Shown one piece after another: positions 45,619 to 54,928 of a DNA stretch of 64,000 nt; position 1 is the first letter of the stretch, and each line of letters begins with the position of its first letter. The DNA comes from Acidimicrobiia bacterium (GTDB lineage: Bacteria; Actinomycetota; Acidimicrobiia; Acidimicrobiales; Bin134): positions 344,731 through 408,730 of the forward strand of contig JAJDYE010000016.1 of assembly GCA_022822905.1 (NCBI GenBank), written 5' to 3'. The position numbers and the translations under genes are program-made. The notes below the pieces were generated by a model. The model saw only the letters and a program-made list of their open reading frames with translations, did no database searches and was not told where the DNA came from.

Positions 45619-47037
45619 ATGCTCACCGCCGGCATCGCCCGAGTGGACATCACCCCGTCGGTCCCCATCGATGTGGTCGGCTATTCCCGTCGAGCGGAGC
45701 CGGCCCGGCACATAAGGGCGCCCCTGACCGCCACTGCGCTGGCCCTGAGCTCAGGTTCCACCACCGCAGTGGTCATCGCCGCCGACGTGCCGTTCCTGCT
45801 GCCCGCCCACGCCGACCGGCTGCGAGCCGAGATCGCCGACGCACTAGGCACCTCGGCCGACCATGTGATGATCAGCGTCAGCCACACCCACGGCGGACCC
45901 ACCACCCATGCCCACGGCGTGAAGATCGGCGGACGCCAGCGAGAGCGCTCGGCCAATGAACGCGAGTTCATCGACTCATTCCCCCAACAGCTCGCCGCCG
46001 CCGCGATTCAGGCGGCGGGCTGCATGGAACCGGTGCGGGCTGCCGGCGGGGTCGGCTCGGTGGACTTGGCCGTGAACCGGCGCGAGAAGAACGCCGAGGG
46101 CCGGGTGATCCTCGGGTGGAATCCCGACAAGCCCGTGGACCGCGACGTGGGAGTGCTGAGAATCGACCGCCTAGACGGCACGACGTTGGCCGTGGTGGTG
46201 AACTACGCCTGCCATCCGGTGGTGGTCGGGCCCGAGGATCCGGGGGTGAACCCCGACTTTCCCGGTCCAATGCGCGATCTGGTGGAGCAGGTGACCGGTG
46301 CCACCTGCCTGTTCTTGCAGGGGGGCTGCGGCAATCTGCTCCCGTTGGAGGGCTTTTTCGACCATCCCGGGCCCGAACAGGCCTTCGGACGCAAGCTGGG
46401 GGTGGAGGTGCTGCACGTGCTGGAGCAGATCGACCCGATCGAACGGCGGTTGGAGCGGATCGACTACGGCTCGGTCACCCCGATCGTGCTGCACCGGCGG
46501 GTGGCCATCGAGCCCCAACCCGATCAGGAGCTGGCCGCGGTGGGACGCGTGGTGGAGCTACCGCTCAAACCGCTGCCGTCGCTGGCCGACCTGGAAGCTG
46601 AGCGCGATGGCTATCAGCGGGAACTCGAAGACGCTCGCCAAGCAGGCGCCGACCAGGCAGCGCTCAATCCCATCGAGTACCACCTCAACTGGGCCGAGGA
46701 CGCCATCGACCAACTGAGCCAGGGCGAGGTCGCCCCCAGCGTCCCGGCCTTCCTCCAAGCCCTGAAGATCGGTGACACGGTGATCGCCACCATGCCCGGA
46801 GAGGCGTTCTCGGAGCTGTCTATCGAGGTGAAACAGCGCTCAGCAGCCGCCACTACCCTGTTCTCGGCCTACACCAACGGCGTGCTCACCTACATGCCCC
46901 CGGCGGCGGAGTACCCCGACGGCGGGTATGAATGCGACTACGCCCACCACTCCTACGGGCTGGTCGAGCAGATCGCGCCCCAAAGCGAGCGGATCCTGGT
47001 GGAGACCAGCGTGGAGTTGATCTCAGCCACCTGGTGA
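45619..47037 (+). CDS. neutral/alkaline ceramidase-like hydrolase family protein
   Basis: AGIARVDITPSVPIDVVGYSRR and SVSHTHGGP match the N-terminal signature of the neutral ceramidase-like family. Start at MLTAGIARVD. Confidence 0.55.
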   Translation: MLTAGIARVDITPSVPIDVVGYSRRAEPARHIRAPLTATALALSSGSTTAVVIAADVPFLLPAHADRLRAEIADALGTSADHVMISVSHTHGGPTTHAHGVKIGGRQRERSANEREFIDSFPQQLAAAAIQAAGCMEPVRAAGGVGSVDLAVNRREKNAEGRVILGWNPDKPVDRDVGVLRIDRLDGTTLAVVVNYACHPVVVGPEDPGVNPDFPGPMRDLVEQVTGATCLFLQGGCGNLLPLEGFFDHPGPEQAFGRKLGVEVLHVLEQIDPIERRLERIDYGSVTPIVLHRRVAIEPQPDQELAAVGRVVELPLKPLPSLADLEAERDGYQRELEDARQAGADQAALNPIEYHLNWAEDAIDQLSQGEVAPSVPAFLQALKIGDTVIATMPGEAFSELSIEVKQRSAAATTLFSAYTNGVLTYMPPAAEYPDGGYECDYAHHSYGLVEQIAPQSERILVETSVELISATW

Positions 47038-47068
47038 GCGGCTCGCCCCGAGGTCGATCTTCAGGAGG

Positions 47069-47383
47069 TCAATCCTGGTGCCACACCTCGTCGGCCCAAT
47101 ACAGGTTGCCCTCGTCGTCGGCCAAGCTCACGATCACTTCCTCGAACCACTTCGACCAGCGGGCGTTGACCTCCGACTCGCCCACCTTGGCGAACGCGGT
47201 CTCGACATCGGGATGGCACTCCACGTAGGCGATCACCTGCGTGCCCCGTCGAAACAGGGTGTAGTTCTTCAAACCGGCGGTCTGGATGAGCTCGACAAGC
47301 TCTGGCCAGATCTCGTCATGGCGCTTCTTGTACTCATCAGCCATGTCCGGGTAGATCTCGAAGGTAAAACAGGCACGCTCCAT
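47069..47383 (-). CDS. rhaM: L-rhamnose mutarotase
   Basis: About 104 aa. MERACFTFEIYPDMADEYKKRHDEIWPELVELI...NYTLF...ARWSKWF aligns by eye with E. coli YiiL/RhaM (EY..RH..IWPEL, NY, RW). Confidence 0.85.
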   Translation of the reverse strand: MERACFTFEIYPDMADEYKKRHDEIWPELVELIQTAGLKNYTLFRRGTQVIAYVECHPDVETAFAKVGESEVNARWSKWFEEVIVSLADDEGNLYWADEVWHQD

Positions 47384-47406
47384 AGCCGGCAAGTTACCCG
47401 GTGGCT

Positions 47407-47420
47407 GCGAAACGTTTCCA
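47407..47420. promoter_or_regulatory. LacI-type operator palindrome, copy 4 (GCGAAACGTTTCCA)
   Basis: It lies 24 nt upstream of the rhaM ATG (47383). Confidence 0.55.
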
Positions 47421-47467
47421 GCGGCAACCGCGGGGGAGGTCTCCTCTCCCTCTGGACCCATCGCCCC

Positions 47468-48220
47468 TCAGTCGATGAGGAAGCCCCCGTTCACATCCAT
47501 CACCTCGCCGGTGATGAACTCAGCTTGCTCGCCGGCCAGGAACAGCACTGCTTGGGCCACGTCGGTCGGACGACCCAGCCGCCCAACCGGGATGCGGTCG
47601 GCCAGATCGGCGATCCCGGTGACCATGTCGGTGTTGATGAGGGCAGGGGCCAGCGCATTGGAGGTGATCCCAAACGGGGCGTATTCGGTGGCGATGGCCT
47701 TGGCCAGGGCCATCACCCCGGCTTTGGACGCGCCGTAGGCCGCGGTGTTCTTGGACCCGCCGGTCTTGCCCGCGCTCGACCCGATGGAGATGACCCGGCC
47801 CCAACCCCGCTCCCGCATCTTGGGCAGCACCCGCTTGCTGCACAGAAAGCAACCCGTGAGGTTAACCGCCATCATCTGGTTCCAGTCACCCAGCTCGGTT
47901 TCCTCCAGGGGCTGGATGGCGAAGATCCCGGCATTGTTCACCAGGATGTCCACCTGTCCCCATGCCGCCTCCACTTGGGAGAAGGCCGCGTCCACCGAAG
48001 ACTCGCTGGTCACGTCGCATTCGGCGAACATGGTGTTGTCGGCTTGGTCTAGCGCCGACCGGTCTTCGGGTGCTCGAACATCTAGGAGGGCAACCCGAGC
48101 TCCGCCGGCCAGCAGCGCTTCGGCCACCGCCCTTCCGATTCCCTGGGCGGCACCGGTCACCGCCGCGATCCGCCCGGCCACACACCCATACCCGACATCA
48201 GAACTCGAGATGTCCGTCAT
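47468..48220 (-). CDS. short-chain dehydrogenase/reductase (sugar or 2-keto-3-deoxy-sugar-acid dehydrogenase candidate)
   Basis: VTGAAQGIGRAVA, NNAG and YGASKAG. Confidence 0.8.
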   Translation of the reverse strand: MTDISSSDVGYGCVAGRIAAVTGAAQGIGRAVAEALLAGGARVALLDVRAPEDRSALDQADNTMFAECDVTSESSVDAAFSQVEAAWGQVDILVNNAGIFAIQPLEETELGDWNQMMAVNLTGCFLCSKRVLPKMRERGWGRVISIGSSAGKTGGSKNTAAYGASKAGVMALAKAIATEYAPFGITSNALAPALINTDMVTGIADLADRIPVGRLGRPTDVAQAVLFLAGEQAEFITGEVMDVNGGFLID

Positions 48221-48253
48221 CGCTTTGCAGGCTCCTCTGCTCGCTTCCTAGGC

Positions 48254-48267
48254 TGGAAACGTTACCG
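48254..48267. promoter_or_regulatory. LacI-type operator palindrome, copy 5 (TGGAAACGTTACCG)
   Basis: It lies in the divergent gap between 48220 (-) and 48287 (+). Confidence 0.55.
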
Positions 48268-48286
48268 GCTCTTTTCAGGAGGCGAC

Positions 48287-49387
48287 ATGACGGCCAACGA
48301 GAAAAAGGTCCGTGTCGGTGTCATCGGCGCGGGGTCTTGGGCAATCAGCAACCACATTCCCGTCCTGGCGGCGCGGGACGACGTGGAGCTGGTGTCGGCC
48401 GTTCGCAAGGGACGCGACGCATTGGAGTCGATCGGCGAGCGGTTCGGCTTTTCCCACCTGAGCGAAGACTATCGAGATGCCCTCGACCAGGGACTCGATG
48501 CCGTGGTGGTGGCCAGCCCCTCCGGCCTCCACCACGAGCACGCCAAGGCCGCCATGGAGGCAGGCGCAGACGTGCTCTGTGAGAAGCCCTTCACCGTGGA
48601 GCCCGCCGACGCTTGGGACCTCCACCGCACCGCCGAGGAGTTGGGCCGAAATCTGGTGATCTCCTTCGGTTGGAACTACGGGCCACTGGGCATGGAGGCC
48701 AAGAGACTCATGGACGAAGAGGGCGGCGTGGGCGAGGTGGAGCACGTCATGGTGTCCATGGCGTCGGGGACCCGCGAGCTGCTCACCTCCACTGGCGGCG
48801 GCGGATATGAGGGATCGGCCGAGGGATTCGCGCCCGAGGCCGCCACGTGGACCGACCCCGCCTTATCGGGTGGCGGATACGCCCCGGCCCAGATCTCCCA
48901 CGCCATGGGCCTGGCAATGTGGCTGACCGGCGATCGGGCCCGAGAGGTCTTCGCTTTCATGAACAACCGGGGGGCGCGGGTAGACCTCCACGACGCCATC
49001 TCGGTGCGATATGCCTCGGGGGCCACCGGATCAATTAGCGGCGCAAGCTGCCCTGGTCCCGCCAACGCCATCGACGATCCCGACGAACCGTGGCCCCGCC
49101 ACCAGCTCCTAGTGCGCCTCTACGGCTCCGAGGGGCAGCTCATCGCCGACTTGGAGCGGGATTTCCTTTGGCTGTACCGCAACGACGGCTTCGACTTAAA
49201 GGTAGACCTGCCCCGCCACGCCGGCCTCTACACCTGCGATGGGCCTCCCAACACGCTGGTGGATCTGGCCCAGGGTCGGGATGCGACCAACCTATCGCCC
49301 GCCGAGTTGGGCGCCCGCACGGTGGAGGTGGTGGCCGCCGCCGAGCACAGCGCCCAGTCGGGCAGCGTCGTGCAGGTCGGCGATTGA
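48287..49387 (+). CDS. Gfo/Idh/MocA-family NAD(P)-dependent oxidoreductase
   Basis: VGVIGAGSWAISNHIPVL and EKP. AGGAGG lies upstream of the ATG. Confidence 0.8.
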   Translation: MTANEKKVRVGVIGAGSWAISNHIPVLAARDDVELVSAVRKGRDALESIGERFGFSHLSEDYRDALDQGLDAVVVASPSGLHHEHAKAAMEAGADVLCEKPFTVEPADAWDLHRTAEELGRNLVISFGWNYGPLGMEAKRLMDEEGGVGEVEHVMVSMASGTRELLTSTGGGGYEGSAEGFAPEAATWTDPALSGGGYAPAQISHAMGLAMWLTGDRAREVFAFMNNRGARVDLHDAISVRYASGATGSISGASCPGPANAIDDPDEPWPRHQLLVRLYGSEGQLIADLERDFLWLYRNDGFDLKVDLPRHAGLYTCDGPPNTLVDLAQGRDATNLSPAELGARTVEVVAAAEHSAQSGSVVQVGD

Positions 49388-49427
49388 GACCAGCTTGCGC
49401 ATAGAGGAAACCAGCTTGCGCATAGGT
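49386..49427 (+). repeat. 21-bp tandem duplication spanning the stop of the Gfo-type gene and the start region of the next gene
   Basis: gag acc agc ttg cgc ata gag / gaa acc agc ttg cgc ata ggt. The 16-nt core accagcttgcgcatag occurs at 49389-49404 and 49410-49425. Confidence 0.9.
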
Positions 49428-50285
49428 GTTGACAGCTACTCGTTCCACAGGTACTTCGGGGAGCTGAGAGAGGGCGAATCCCCTGTCGACCAGCGCTGGA
49501 CTACCGATGACTTCCTGAACTTCTGTTCCGAACTAGGCGTCGACGGAGTTTCGCTGGAGACCTGCTTCTTGGACTGCGACTCCGACGCCGAGGTGGCATC
49601 GCTTCGCCAGCGCCTCGACCAGCACGGCTTCGAGCGGGTGCTGGCCTGGGGCCACCCTGACGGACTGGCCATGGGCCTCGATCCCGAGGCGTTTGCCGAC
49701 GCGCTCGCTGCGGTGGACCGGGCCGCCGGGCTGGGGTGCGGGCTGCTCCGCATCGTGGTGGGCATAACCCGTCATTTCGGCCAGGAGAGCGAAACCGAGG
49801 TGCTCCGCCGGGTGGTCCCCCAGGTAGCCGAGATCACCGACCGAGCCGAACAGCGCGGCCTGGACGTGGCCGTCGAAACCCACTGCGATCTCACCACCGC
49901 CTCCGTCGGCACCCTCGTCGAGCAGGTGGCCAGCCCCCGGCTGGGCGTGGTGTTCGACAGCGCCAATGTTGTCCGCATCGGCGAGAACCTATTGGCCGCC
50001 GCGACTGCTCTGGCCCCCTATACCAAGATGATCCACGTCAAAGACCTGGATCTTCAGTCGTCCACGCCCGGCGAGCCCGGGGGCCACTGGCCCGGGGTGC
50101 CCCTCGGTCTCGGCGACTTGGACATTGCCGGCACCTTGGAGTTGATGGAAGCGGCCGGATTCGACGGGCTGGCCTACGTAGAAGTGGCCGACATGGCCTC
50201 TGGCTGGTCAGAGCACGAGATCGTGGCCCAGTCTGTGGATTGGCTAGGCAAGTTCGCTACCGAAAGGCACCCATGCCCAGAATGA
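49416..50285 (+). CDS. sugar phosphate isomerase/epimerase (xylose isomerase-like TIM barrel)
   Basis: RIGVDSYSFHRYF, VSLETCF and IHVKDLD. TTG 49416 has GAGGA 7 nt upstream. An in-frame TTG at 49395 is an alternative created by the duplication. Confidence 0.75.
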   Translation: MRIGVDSYSFHRYFGELREGESPVDQRWTTDDFLNFCSELGVDGVSLETCFLDCDSDAEVASLRQRLDQHGFERVLAWGHPDGLAMGLDPEAFADALAAVDRAAGLGCGLLRIVVGITRHFGQESETEVLRRVVPQVAEITDRAEQRGLDVAVETHCDLTTASVGTLVEQVASPRLGVVFDSANVVRIGENLLAAATALAPYTKMIHVKDLDLQSSTPGEPGGHWPGVPLGLGDLDIAGTLELMEAAGFDGLAYVEVADMASGWSEHEIVAQSVDWLGKFATERHPCPE

Positions 50286-51289
50286 GAATGAACCAGGCCA
50301 TCTCGGCGGCCATCGCCGATGAGATGCGCTCTGATCCCGACGTGATCGTGTTGGGAGAAGACATCGCCGTAGCCGAGGGGCCGTTCAAGACATCGGCCGG
50401 GCTGCTGGATGAGTTCGGCCCGCTGCGGGTGCGAGACACGCCGATCTCCGAGATGGGTTTCTTGGGCGCGGCGGTAGGGGCCGCAGCCACCGGATTGCGC
50501 CCGGTGGTGGAGATCATGTTTGTGGAGTTCCTCGGGGTGGCCCTTGACCAGCTCTCCACTGAGGGGGCCAAGTTCCACTACCTGTCGGGCGGGCTGGTCA
50601 AGGTGCCGCTAACCGTGCGGGCCTCTGTAGGCGCGGGGCTGGGCTTCGGCACCCAGCACTCCCAGACCCTGGAGAGCTGGGTGGTGGGCACTCCCGGTCT
50701 CAAGCTGGCCGTGGCCTCCGGACCAGCGAACGCATACGGCTTGATGCGGGCCGCCATCCGGGACGACAACCCGGTGGTGGTGCTCGAGCCTCGGCGGCTG
50801 TACGCCCAGCGCGAAGAGGTCACCGTGGGAGAAGAGGGCATCATCGCCTTGGGGACTGCCCGCCAGGCGGTTTCCGGGGACGCCGCCACCGTGGTGGCGC
50901 TGGGATCAACCGTGGGCGCCGCCACCGAGGCGGCTGCCGCCGCATCATGGTCGGCCGATGTGATCGACCTGCAATCGCTGCAACCGTGGGACAAAGAAAT
51001 GGTATACGAATCGGTGGCTCGCACTGGACGGCTGGTCACCGTGGAGGAGAACCCGCTCTCGGGCGGTTGGGGCGCCGACATCGTGGCCGCAGTGGCCTCT
51101 GACTTATTCGGTGAGCTGAAGGCCCCGCCCCTGAGGATCACCGCTCCCGATGTGCCCGTGCCGTTTGGCAAGGAGCTAGAGGAGCGGTACATGCCGTCTT
51201 CGACCTATGTGGGCGAGCAGGTCATAGAGCTGCTGGACACCGGTCGGGTGCCGCCCCCGTGGTGGCAACGCGAGGAGATAACACCATGA
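50273..51289 (+). CDS. 2-oxoacid (pyruvate/acetoin-type) dehydrogenase E1 component beta subunit
   Basis: NQAISAAIADEMRSDPDVIVLGEDIA...FGPLRVRDTPISEMGFLGAAVGAA..GLRPVVEIMFVEF. Three ATG candidates at 50273, 50282 and 50288. Confidence 0.85.
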   Translation: MPRMRMNQAISAAIADEMRSDPDVIVLGEDIAVAEGPFKTSAGLLDEFGPLRVRDTPISEMGFLGAAVGAAATGLRPVVEIMFVEFLGVALDQLSTEGAKFHYLSGGLVKVPLTVRASVGAGLGFGTQHSQTLESWVVGTPGLKLAVASGPANAYGLMRAAIRDDNPVVVLEPRRLYAQREEVTVGEEGIIALGTARQAVSGDAATVVALGSTVGAATEAAAAASWSADVIDLQSLQPWDKEMVYESVARTGRLVTVEENPLSGGWGADIVAAVASDLFGELKAPPLRITAPDVPVPFGKELEERYMPSSTYVGEQVIELLDTGRVPPPWWQREEITP

Positions 51290-52269
51290 GCACACCACTG
51301 GAACGCCGACAGGCACTGCAACAAGACCGCCGGGTTCGCTACGAGCGGATGGTGGAGATCCGGGCGCTGGAGAACAAGGTGCAAGACCTGTTCGACGAAG
51401 GTCTGGTTCACGGAACCACCCACCTGTGCCTGGGCCAGGAGGCCGTGGCCGTGGGAGTGGCGGCCGCCGCCCGGACCACCGACCAGGTGACCTGCACCTA
51501 CCGGGGACACGGCGTGGCCTTGGCCCTCGGACTGACACCGGTGCAACTCCTAGGAGAGATCCTGGGCCGAGAAGCGGGATCCATCGGCGGCATAGGCGGC
51601 TCCATGCACCTTTGCGACCCGGAGATCGGCCTGATGCCCACATTCGCCATCGTCGGCGCCGGAATCCCGGTGGCCGCGGGGGCAGCGCTCACCGCCCAAG
51701 TGCGGGGAACCGACGATGCCGCGATCGCCGTCTTCGGCGACGGGTCAACCAACATCGGCGCGTTTCACGAGGCTCTAAACCTCGCTGCCATTTGGAAGCT
51801 CCCGGTAGTCTTCGTGTGCGAGAACAACCAGTACGGCGAGTACAGCCGCATCGACCTGACCACACCGGTGGACGACATCGCCTGTCGGGCCGAGTCCTAT
51901 GCCATCCCCAGCGCCATCGTGGACGGACAAGATCCCGACGCGGTGGCCGAGGCCGTGTCCGGCGCCCTGGACCAAGCCCGCGGCGGGTCCGGACCGACGC
52001 TGCTTGAGCTCAAGACTTACCGCTACGCGGGGCACTCCCGGGCCGACACCGCCCCCTATCGCCCCGAAGGGGAGTTCGAGCGCTGGTACGAGAAGGATCC
52101 CATCGTCAACTTCGGCCGCCAGCTGGTTGACGAGGGCGTTTTGGGCGATGACGGCATTGAGGAGGTCCAAGCCGCGGTCGACGCCCGGATCGACGCCGCG
52201 GTGGAACTCGTGCTGGCCAGCGCTCCCGCCCCGGTGGAGGCCATGTTCGCCAACGTGCTGGCACCCTGA
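51286..52269 (+). CDS. 2-oxoacid dehydrogenase E1 component alpha subunit (TPP-binding)
   Basis: An ATGA overlap links it to the beta subunit gene. TPP motif GDGSTNIGAFHEALNLAAIWKLPVVFVCENNQYG. Confidence 0.85.
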   Translation: MSTPLERRQALQQDRRVRYERMVEIRALENKVQDLFDEGLVHGTTHLCLGQEAVAVGVAAAARTTDQVTCTYRGHGVALALGLTPVQLLGEILGREAGSIGGIGGSMHLCDPEIGLMPTFAIVGAGIPVAAGAALTAQVRGTDDAAIAVFGDGSTNIGAFHEALNLAAIWKLPVVFVCENNQYGEYSRIDLTTPVDDIACRAESYAIPSAIVDGQDPDAVAEAVSGALDQARGGSGPTLLELKTYRYAGHSRADTAPYRPEGEFERWYEKDPIVNFGRQLVDEGVLGDDGIEEVQAAVDARIDAAVELVLASAPAPVEAMFANVLAP

Positions 52270-52280
52270 GGAGCGATTCC

Positions 52281-52520
52281 GTGCGCTACACCATCAAGCT
52301 CCCCAAGTTGGGGGATACCACCGAGCTGGTGGTGGTTCTCGAATGGCTGGCCGAGGTGGGCGACGCCGTGACCGCGGGCGACGACTTGGTGCGGGTTGAG
52401 ACTGACAAAGTGGACTCTGATGTCCCCAGCCCGGTGTCGGGAACCCTCGTGGAACACCTCGTGGCCGTGGACGATGAGGTGGACATCGGCGACCCCATCG
52501 CCATCATCGTCTCCGACTGA
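52281..52520 (+). CDS. stand-alone lipoyl-domain protein (79 aa)
   Basis: IKLPKLGDTT...GDDLVRVETDKVDSDVPSPVSGTL carries the lipoyl-lysine motif ETDK. The ORF ends after the domain, with no linker or acyltransferase core. Confidence 0.8.
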   Translation: MRYTIKLPKLGDTTELVVVLEWLAEVGDAVTAGDDLVRVETDKVDSDVPSPVSGTLVEHLVAVDDEVDIGDPIAIIVSD

Positions 52521-52524
52521 AGTA

Positions 52525-52556
52525 CGCCCCGGTCGAAAAACGCCCCGGTCGAAAGA
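52525..52556. repeat. 16-bp tandem duplication in the convergent intergenic gap
   Basis: cgccccggtcgaaa occurs at 52525-52538 and 52541-52554. Confidence 0.8.
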
Positions 52557-52562
52557 CTCAGG

Positions 52563-53633
52563 TCAGCCCGCCGGCCCCGGCTGGGTGGAGGCCCGCCGAA
52601 TCAGGGATGTGGGAATCTCGGTAACCAGGGGACCTTCGCCGCCGGCCAGCAATTTGAGCAACAGCTCCGCCGCCGCCTCTCCCATCTGCACTGCGTCCCG
52701 GTCGATCACCGTGATAGGCGGCGAGTGCAGTTCTGTGAGGGGAACGTCGTCACAAGACACCAGCGAGATGTCGGCCCCCACCGTTCGCCCGGCCGCTTGC
52801 AGCGCGCGCAATACCCCGGTGAGCAGGAGATTCCCGCCGGCCACGATGGCAGTGGGCGGATCGTCGGCCGCCAGCAGTTCATGGGTGGCCTGCTGGCCGA
52901 AGGTGGCCGAGAAGCTGTCGAGCTTCAACAGGTCTTCGGGAAGGTCGAGACCCCGGGCCCGGAATGCGGCCTTGAAGCCACTCAAACGCTCTCGAACCGG
53001 TCGGAGCCCCGGTCGTCCTGAGATCAACGCCACCCGCCGATGTCCCAGGTCCAGCAGGTGGTCGATCGCGGCCCGCATCCCATTGGCATGGTCGGACAAA
53101 ACGGCCGAAGCCTCATCTGCCCCGCGCACCTGCCGATCTATCAACACCACTGGTTCGGACAGCTTGGCCAGCTCGGCCAAGGTGCCCGCCCGTTCTTCGT
53201 CGGCCACCGAGAGGATGAGCCCGTCGATTCGCCGCCACCGAAGCAGCCGGATCATGGCCTCATCCCGCTCCGGACTCCCCTCCGAATTGGTCAGCACCAT
53301 GGAATAGCCCGCCTCGTTCAAGCGGCGTTCGGCGCCCATGGCGATCTCGGCAAAGAGCGGATTGGAGATGTCGTTGGCGATGAACCCCACCGTCATGGTG
53401 GAGCCCCTTCTCAGGCTGGACGCCAAGAGGTTCGGCTCATAGCCCACGGCTTCGATGGCGTCGAGCACCTGCTTTCGCATCGACTCACTCACATCGGAAT
53501 GGTCGTTCAGCACTCGGGAAACCGACGACAAGGCCACACCGGCATGGGCGGCCACTTCCTTCATGGTGACTTCTTTGGCAGGGATCGGCTTTTCGGCTGC
53601 CTCGTTGGTGCCGGCCTCATCGGGATTGGCCAT
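52563..53633 (-). CDS. LacI-family transcriptional regulator
   Basis: HTH TMKEVAAHAGVALSSVSRVLN plus a periplasmic-binding-fold effector domain. ATG 53633 (MANPDEAG) has a G-rich SD-like sequence upstream. The ORF open to 53732 would cover operator copy 6. Confidence 0.85.
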   Translation of the reverse strand: MANPDEAGTNEAAEKPIPAKEVTMKEVAAHAGVALSSVSRVLNDHSDVSESMRKQVLDAIEAVGYEPNLLASSLRRGSTMTVGFIANDISNPLFAEIAMGAERRLNEAGYSMVLTNSEGSPERDEAMIRLLRWRRIDGLILSVADEERAGTLAELAKLSEPVVLIDRQVRGADEASAVLSDHANGMRAAIDHLLDLGHRRVALISGRPGLRPVRERLSGFKAAFRARGLDLPEDLLKLDSFSATFGQQATHELLAADDPPTAIVAGGNLLLTGVLRALQAAGRTVGADISLVSCDDVPLTELHSPPITVIDRDAVQMGEAAAELLLKLLAGGEGPLVTEIPTSLIRRASTQPGPAG

Positions 53634-53717
53634 ATCCACCCCCCTTCTCAGGCTCGGTAGCGCAAGAGCATGTTTTCGCCGTATCGACAGTAGCGGGAAT
53701 GGCATGGTTTGTGTTAC

Positions 53718-53731
53718 TGGAAACGTTGCCA
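53718..53731. promoter_or_regulatory. LacI-type operator palindrome, copy 6 (TGGAAACGTTGCCA)
   Basis: It lies in the divergent gap between the lacI-family gene and the enolase-superfamily gene (GTG 53771). Confidence 0.6.
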
Positions 53732-53770
53732 ATACGCTGACTGACTGGACTAGATGAGGTAGTCAAGATC

Positions 53771-54877
53771 GTGAAGATCGAGCGCATTGAGGTAATTCCC
53801 GTCGCGGTCCCCCTTACGGAGACCTTCATGGGATCGAAGTACTCCATGTCGGAGCGAGCAACCTTGATCACTCGCGTCTACACCGATGACGGCGCCATGG
53901 GTGAGTGCTACAACGGCGACGAACCCGACACCCACCACGAGATCGCCCGGATCATCATCGACGAACTCCAGCCGCTCATCATCGGGGAGGACCCGCTGCT
54001 GGTGGAGCGGTGCTGGGAAGCCATGCTGCCTCCCACTTTCGACATTCTCCGGAACCGCAAGCTGGTGGTGATGGCGATAGGCGCGGTCGACTCCGCCCTT
54101 TGGGACCTGGCCGGCAAGGTAACCGGCCTGCCCGTGTACAAGCTGTGGGGCGGCTACCGCACCAGCTTGCCCATCGTGGCCATCGGGGGCTACTACGGCA
54201 AGACCGACGCCCAGCTGGCCGCCGAGATGGAGGACTACCTGGAGATGGGCCTGGGCGGGTGCAAGCTCAAGATCGGCGGACTATCCCCGGCCGAGGATGC
54301 CCACCGGTTCAAAGTTGCCCAAGCAGCCGCCGGCGACGGCTTCGTGTTCACCGTGGACGCCAATCAGGGCTACACCGTGGCTGAGGCAGTGGAGTTCGTC
54401 CGCCTGGTCGGCCCCGAGAACATCCGATGGTTCGAAGAGCCGGTGCGCTGGTACAACGACGTGCGGGGAATGCGCGACGTGCGGTTCATGGCCGGAGTGC
54501 CGGTGGCCGCCGGGCAGAGCGAATTCAACCGCCAGGGCATGGGCGAGTTGATGAGCGCCGGGGCTATCGATGTCTGCAACTACGACGCATCTTGGGGGGG
54601 CGGGCCCACCGAGTGGCGCCGGATCGCGGGAATGGCCCAGGTCTATGGAGTGGAGATGGGCCATCATGAAGAGGCCCAGATCGCAGCCCACATGCTGGCC
54701 TCAGTTCCCCACGGGACCTTTGTCGAGGTGTTCCATCCCACCCGAGACCCGCTGTTCTGGGACCTGATCGCCAACCTGCCCCCCATCGCCAACGGGACCT
54801 ACACCGTCCCCTCGGGACCGGGCTGGGGCCTGAAGTTGGACTGGGACTACGTGGAGCACCACCGCGACGACCGGTAG
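53771..54877 (+). CDS. enolase-superfamily (MR/MLE) sugar-acid dehydratase candidate
   Basis: MKIERIEVIPVAVPL, CKLKIGG, VDANQGY, WFEEP and AAGQSE: the capping-domain plus barrel-motif pattern of acid-sugar dehydratases. Confidence 0.8.
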   Translation: MKIERIEVIPVAVPLTETFMGSKYSMSERATLITRVYTDDGAMGECYNGDEPDTHHEIARIIIDELQPLIIGEDPLLVERCWEAMLPPTFDILRNRKLVVMAIGAVDSALWDLAGKVTGLPVYKLWGGYRTSLPIVAIGGYYGKTDAQLAAEMEDYLEMGLGGCKLKIGGLSPAEDAHRFKVAQAAAGDGFVFTVDANQGYTVAEAVEFVRLVGPENIRWFEEPVRWYNDVRGMRDVRFMAGVPVAAGQSEFNRQGMGELMSAGAIDVCNYDASWGGGPTEWRRIAGMAQVYGVEMGHHEEAQIAAHMLASVPHGTFVEVFHPTRDPLFWDLIANLPPIANGTYTVPSGPGWGLKLDWDYVEHHRDDR

Positions 54878-54928
54878 TCCGCGCCGCGGCACCGCCCCTT
54901 CGGCGACCCCGGTTGATCTCTTGGTGAC

